DNA of 64,000 nucleotides from Filomicrobium sp. (GTDB lineage: Bacteria > Pseudomonadota > Alphaproteobacteria > Rhizobiales > Hyphomicrobiaceae). The first letter of the stretch is position 1, and each line of letters starts with the position of its first letter. Location of the stretch: positions 27,699 through 91,698 of the forward strand of contig CBDDFK010000009.1 of NCBI GenBank assembly GCA_965226995.1. Direction: 5' to 3'. Under the pieces are notes generated by a model. The model searched no databases and was not told the DNA's origin. It worked only from the letters and a program-made list of their open reading frames with translations. Below, piece by piece: positions 60,203-64,000 of this stretch. A program made the translations under genes and the position numbers.

Positions 60203-61648
60203 TCAGCTTCGCCAGAACTCGATGCGCAGTAGCACCAGCACCGTGAAAAGCTCCAGTCGTCCCATCATCATGGCGAACGACAGAATCCATTTCGCCAGCA
60301 CCGGCAAACCCGAGTAGTTGCCCGACGGCCCGACGATCGGCCCCAGGCCGGGTCCGACGTTCCCGACCGCCTGCGCCGATGCCGATAGCGCGGTAACGAG
60401 GTCGAGACCCATCGCCGAAAGGACGACGGTGAACAGGCCGACCGTCGACATGTAGATCGCCAGGAACGCAACCACCGAGAACGGGACGTCCGGCGGCAAC
60501 CGCTTGCCGTTATAGACCAGCGTCACGACCCGGTTCGGACTCATCAGGTGCACGAAGTGGCTGCGGATCAAAAGCCCCGTCACCTGCAGCCGGTAGATCT
60601 TGATGCCGCCCGTTGTCGACCCGGCGCAGCCTCCGACAAACATCAAGAGGAAGAACAGCCCGACGGCGAACGTCCCCCACTGCGTATAGTCGGAACTGGC
60701 GTAGCCGGTCGTCGTGACGATCGAAGTGACGTTGAACGTCGCCGTCCTCAAAGCCGTTTCGAACGGCATCTCGCGTGCCGTCATCAGCCAGAAGGTGACA
60801 ATCAGGCAGACCCCGACGAGAAAGCCCAGGAAGCCGCGAACCTGGCTGTCTTCCAGCAAAGAGCGGGGGTTACCGCGCCAGGCCTTGATATAGACGACGA
60901 ACGGCAACGCCCCGAGGATCATGAAGACGATGCAGGCCCATTCGAGTGATGGCGATTGAAAGAACGCGAAGCTCTTATCGTGGGTGGAGAAGCCCGCGGT
61001 CGCGACCGTCGTCAGCCCATGGCAAATCGCGTCGAAGGCGGTCATGCCGAGTGCCGCATAGGTCAAACAGCAGGCCACGATCAAAAGCACGTAAACGACG
61101 GCGATCGCCGTGGTCAGCTCCAGCGCGCGCGGCAACACCTTTTCGGAGCGGTCGGAGTGTTCCATCTGGAAGAGCTGCATGCCGCCGACGCGAAGGAACG
61201 GCAGCATGATCATCGCCGTCACGATTATCCCGAGGCCGCCGAGCCCCTGCAGGATCGCCCGCCAGAGCAGAACGCCGCGTGGCAGCGAGTCGAGTTGCGT
61301 CAGCACCGTTGCGCCGGTGGTCGTCAGCCCCGACATCGCTTCGAAATAGGCGTCGGTGAATGTCAGCCCGACGCCGACAAAGGGGATCGCCGCGAAGGCC
61401 GTCACGACGACCCAGCAGGCAGTCGTGAGAAGGAAGCCGTCCTTCACGGTGAGTTGCGCCGGCTGATCGTCCTGCGCGGATAAAATCAGCAGCCCGCCGA
61501 TAAAGAAGGTCGCCACCGACGAGGCAAAGAACACCAGCCAGTCGGCATCGCCATCGGCGAAGTCGACCATTGCCGGCAGCAGCATCGCAAAAGCGATGGT
61601 GCATAACAGCAGGCCCAGCGCGGAAAAGATCGGACGCAGATGCAGCAA
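60203..61648 (-). CDS. trkH: TrkH-family potassium uptake protein
   Basis: 481-aa polytopic protein with repeated pore-loop motifs (SGLTTTGAT, TVATAGFST, TTTGYASSD, AVGNVGPGLG). Confidence 0.9.
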   Translation of the reverse strand: MLHLRPIFSALGLLLCTIAFAMLLPAMVDFADGDADWLVFFASSVATFFIGGLLILSAQDDQPAQLTVKDGFLLTTACWVVVTAFAAIPFVGVGLTFTDAYFEAMSGLTTTGATVLTQLDSLPRGVLLWRAILQGLGGLGIIVTAMIMLPFLRVGGMQLFQMEHSDRSEKVLPRALELTTAIAVVYVLLIVACCLTYAALGMTAFDAICHGLTTVATAGFSTHDKSFAFFQSPSLEWACIVFMILGALPFVVYIKAWRGNPRSLLEDSQVRGFLGFLVGVCLIVTFWLMTAREMPFETALRTATFNVTSIVTTTGYASSDYTQWGTFAVGLFFLLMFVGGCAGSTTGGIKIYRLQVTGLLIRSHFVHLMSPNRVVTLVYNGKRLPPDVPFSVVAFLAIYMSTVGLFTVVLSAMGLDLVTALSASAQAVGNVGPGLGPIVGPSGNYSGLPVLAKWILSFAMMMGRLELFTVLVLLRIEFWRS

Positions 61649-61974
61649 GGGGCGGCCTCACGTCGACGGCGAAGAGTCGGATTGACGCCTTTGGAACGAA
61701 CGCCGCTCAGTGTCCAGTACTTCGCGTGCTGATTTCACGGACGCAACACGACCATGGCAATCTACACCGGATCGGAACACCGCTAATGTCTCGGACTTTG
61801 GTAAACCGAGCGTCAAGATGCATCGTCGGCTACCGTTAAAGCTCGTGAGAAAAGCGCCACACGAAGATACCGAAAAGCCGCATTTTCGGTTTGGAACACG
61901 GCGCAATGGGCATTATTGTGCCTTCCCAGACTCGAAAGCTTGGCGCAATAGGCACACACGGATGCACGCCCATC

Positions 61975-64000
61975 TCAGGCCTCAGGCGGTCCGTACCCGC
62001 CGCCTGTGGGCGTGCCGATAACGATGCGATCGCCGGCCGCCACCTGCAGTTCGCAGCAACCGGCCAGCCGTTCTTCCCGCCCATCGGAATGGACCAGGAG
62101 ATTAGCGCCCCGCCTTCCTGCTTCCCCGCCCTCGACGCCCGGCGGCGCGATAACGCGATAGCCCGACAGGATCGCCACATGCATGGGTTCCAGAAAACGC
62201 AGCATCCGCCGGGTCCCGTCTCCAGCGCTATGCCGTCCCCTGCCTCCGGAACCGCGTTCGATACCGAATGAATCGAGCACCACCGGATAGCGCAGCTCGA
62301 GGATTTCCGGATCGGTGAGGCGGGTGTTGGTCATGTGAACCTGTACCGCGGCCGCGCCGTCGAAATCCGGCCCCGCCGGCGCGCCCGAGCAGATCGTCTC
62401 GTAATATTGCCGGGTCGCATCGCCGAAGGTCAGATTGTTCATTGTGCCCTGCGACGTGCCAAGCCCCTTCAGCGCCATGAACAGCGCGTTCGTGACCACT
62501 TGGCTCGTCTCGACATTCCCCGCCACCACGGCAGCCGGATAACTCGGCTTCAGGAACGACCCATCCGGCACGCGGATATCGAGTGGCCGCAGGCAACCGG
62601 CGTTCAGCGGGATCGCCGCCCCGGTCATGACGCGGAAAACGTAAAGGACCGCCGCGCGCGTAACGGGTTCCGGCGCGTTGAAATTATCTTCCCGCACCGG
62701 CGATGTGCCGGCGAAATCGATCACAGCGGATCGATTCGCCCGATCGATGCGGATGGCGACGTGGACTTCTGCGCCGGTATCGGTAGCGATGATGGCGGCA
62801 CCGTCGTCGAGACGGTCGATCAGACGCCGCACGCTTTCTTCGGCGTTGTCCTGGACATGGCGCATGTAGGCGGTCACCGTTTCGCGCCCGAACTGCCCGA
62901 TCATCCGCGCGATCTCGGCTGCACCTCGCGCGTTGGCGGCGACCTGCGCCTTGAGGTCGGCGACGTTCTTGTCCGGCTGCCGCGCGGGATAATCCGCCCC
63001 ATTCAACAGCGCCCGCATCTCCCCTTCGAGGAACTGCCCGCCGTCGACCAGCTTCACGCAATCGATAAGCACGCCTTCTTCCTCGATGCGCGTCGCCTTC
63101 GGCGTCATCGAGCCCGGCGTGAGACCGCCGACATCTTCATGATGTCCACGGCTGGCAACGTAGAACAGGATCTCCGCTCCCGCATCATCGAAAACAGGCG
63201 TAATGACCGTGATATCGGGAAGATGCGTGCCGCCGTTGTATGGCGCGTTGTGGACGTAAACATCGCCCGGTTTCATCTCGTCATACTTGGCGCGGATCAC
63301 CGTTTCCAAGGCGGCATCCATCGATCCCAGATGCACCGGAACGTGCGGCGCGTTCGCGACGAGGCCGCCTTGGGGATCGAACAGGGCACAGGAGAAGTCG
63401 AGCCGCTCCTTGATGTTGACCGAGCGCGCCGTCAGCTTGAGCGCCTCCCCCATCTGCTCGGCAACCGCCATGAACAGGTTGTTGAACACTTCCAGGAGGA
63501 CCGGGTCCGCTTCCACGCCGACATTGCCTCGGGCGGTCTCGGCGACATGGGTGAGCACCAGATCGTCACGTTCCGTCACGTCGAGCCGCCAGCCGTCTTC
63601 GACGATCACGGTCTGATTGGCCTCCACGATCCGCGCCGGTCCGCTGATCGAATGGCCGGGCCGAAGCCCTTCGCGGCGATAGGACCGCGCCTTGTGCCAG
63701 GCGCCTTGCGAAAAGAACCGTGCCGGCTCGCCTTCCGGCGCTTCACTTTGCTGCGGCGCAGTTCCGCCGGCCGCCGTGACGGATCCGGCGTCAACACCAC
63801 TCCGCGCTTCGGCGGTGTCGCTCGACGCGGTCGCCTCCACATCGAGCGTAGCCGCCACGATGGACTTTCCAGGTGACAAAAACCCGAAACGCTGGCGGTG
63901 GGCGGTCTCGAAGTCGGCCCGCATCAGGTCGGGCTCGGAAAGCGGCACGGGAAACGCCGTATCCGTCCCCTCGTAGCGAAGGTGGACGTTGGTGCGGATC
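61975..64000 (-). CDS. hydantoinase/oxoprolinase family protein (HyuA-HyuB fusion type), N-terminus outside the window
   Basis: The frame stays open to the window edge. The HyuB part starts near [20 protein letters not shown]. Upstream residues look like the C-terminus of HyuA. GGGYG lies near the C-terminus. Confidence 0.85.
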   Translation of the reverse strand, partial: IRTNVHLRYEGTDTAFPVPLSEPDLMRADFETAHRQRFGFLSPGKSIVAATLDVEATASSDTAEARSGVDAGSVTAAGGTAPQQSEAPEGEPARFFSQGAWHKARSYRREGLRPGHSISGPARIVEANQTVIVEDGWRLDVTERDDLVLTHVAETARGNVGVEADPVLLEVFNNLFMAVAEQMGEALKLTARSVNIKERLDFSCALFDPQGGLVANAPHVPVHLGSMDAALETVIRAKYDEMKPGDVYVHNAPYNGGTHLPDITVITPVFDDAGAEILFYVASRGHHEDVGGLTPGSMTPKATRIEEEGVLIDCVKLVDGGQFLEGEMRALLNGADYPARQPDKNVADLKAQVAANARGAAEIARMIGQFGRETVTAYMRHVQDNAEESVRRLIDRLDDGAAIIATDTGAEVHVAIRIDRANRSAVIDFAGTSPVREDNFNAPEPVTRAAVLYVFRVMTGAAIPLNAGCLRPLDIRVPDGSFLKPSYPAAVVAGNVETSQVVTNALFMALKGLGTSQGTMNNLTFGDATRQYYETICSGAPAGPDFDGAAAVQVHMTNTRLTDPEILELRYPVVLDSFGIERGSGGRGRHSAGDGTRRMLRFLEPMHVAILSGYRVIAPPGVEGGEAGRRGANLLVHSDGREERLAGCCELQVAAGDRIVIGTPTGGGYGPPEA

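Noticed and set aside
61860-61895. Hairpin ACCGAAAA-GCCGC-ATTTTCGGT as terminator of the oxoprolinase gene
   Set aside because: The stem is short and AT-rich with no convincing U-tract on the minus strand. The evidence is too weak to annotate.

Overview
High-GC (roughly 63-66% by eye) alphaproteobacterial-type chromosomal segment. It is densely coding and mostly core genes. No rRNA, tRNA, CRISPR array, transposase or integrase was recognised.

(1) 0-3.6 kb: a membrane J-domain protein and an alpha/beta-hydrolase-like membrane protein.

(2) 3.6-13.4 kb, minus strand: a five-gene cluster with two paralogous sets of circularly permuted ATP-grasp, alpha-E and transglutaminase-like proteins. The family is known from comparative genomics; as far as I know its product has not been defined experimentally.

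(3) 13.7-23.9 kb: a secreted repeat protein, uvrD, a glutamate-synthase-like FMN enzyme, fumC, a TadG-like protein and an overlapping DUF4169/ribbon-helix-helix pair.

(4) 24.2-45.5 kb, minus strand: a division/cell-wall (dcw) cluster, mraZ-rsmH-ftsL-ftsI-murE::murF-mraY-ftsW-murG-murC-murB-ddl-ftsQ-ftsA-ftsZ, then lpxC and bamD. Three things are unusual:
- murE and murF form one 1044-aa reading frame.
- murD is missing from its usual mraY/ftsW slot.
- bamD has an apparent 1-nt frameshift in a GGG run.

(5) 46.7-49.1 kb: a roughly 2.3-kb low-GC islet (about 40-50% GC) encoding two exported proteins, one DUF1353-like and one with a COG3904/ClpP-like N-terminal pattern.

(6) 49.4-64 kb:
- two alpha/beta hydrolases, a BacNav-type voltage-gated channel, a VOC enzyme and an AAA ATPase;
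- rnpB, an AmpD-type amidase, djlA and an extensin-like protein;
- a zf-CHCC protein, an FAD monooxygenase, trkH and a partial hydantoinase/oxoprolinase.

The most unusual sequence-level observation is in the RNase P RNA gene. It carries a 150-nt insertion made of tandem hairpin repeats between the P2 and P4 3' strands, and related hairpin units occur at two other intergenic sites in the window.

All protein family calls come from motif recognition by eye. None has been checked against a database.
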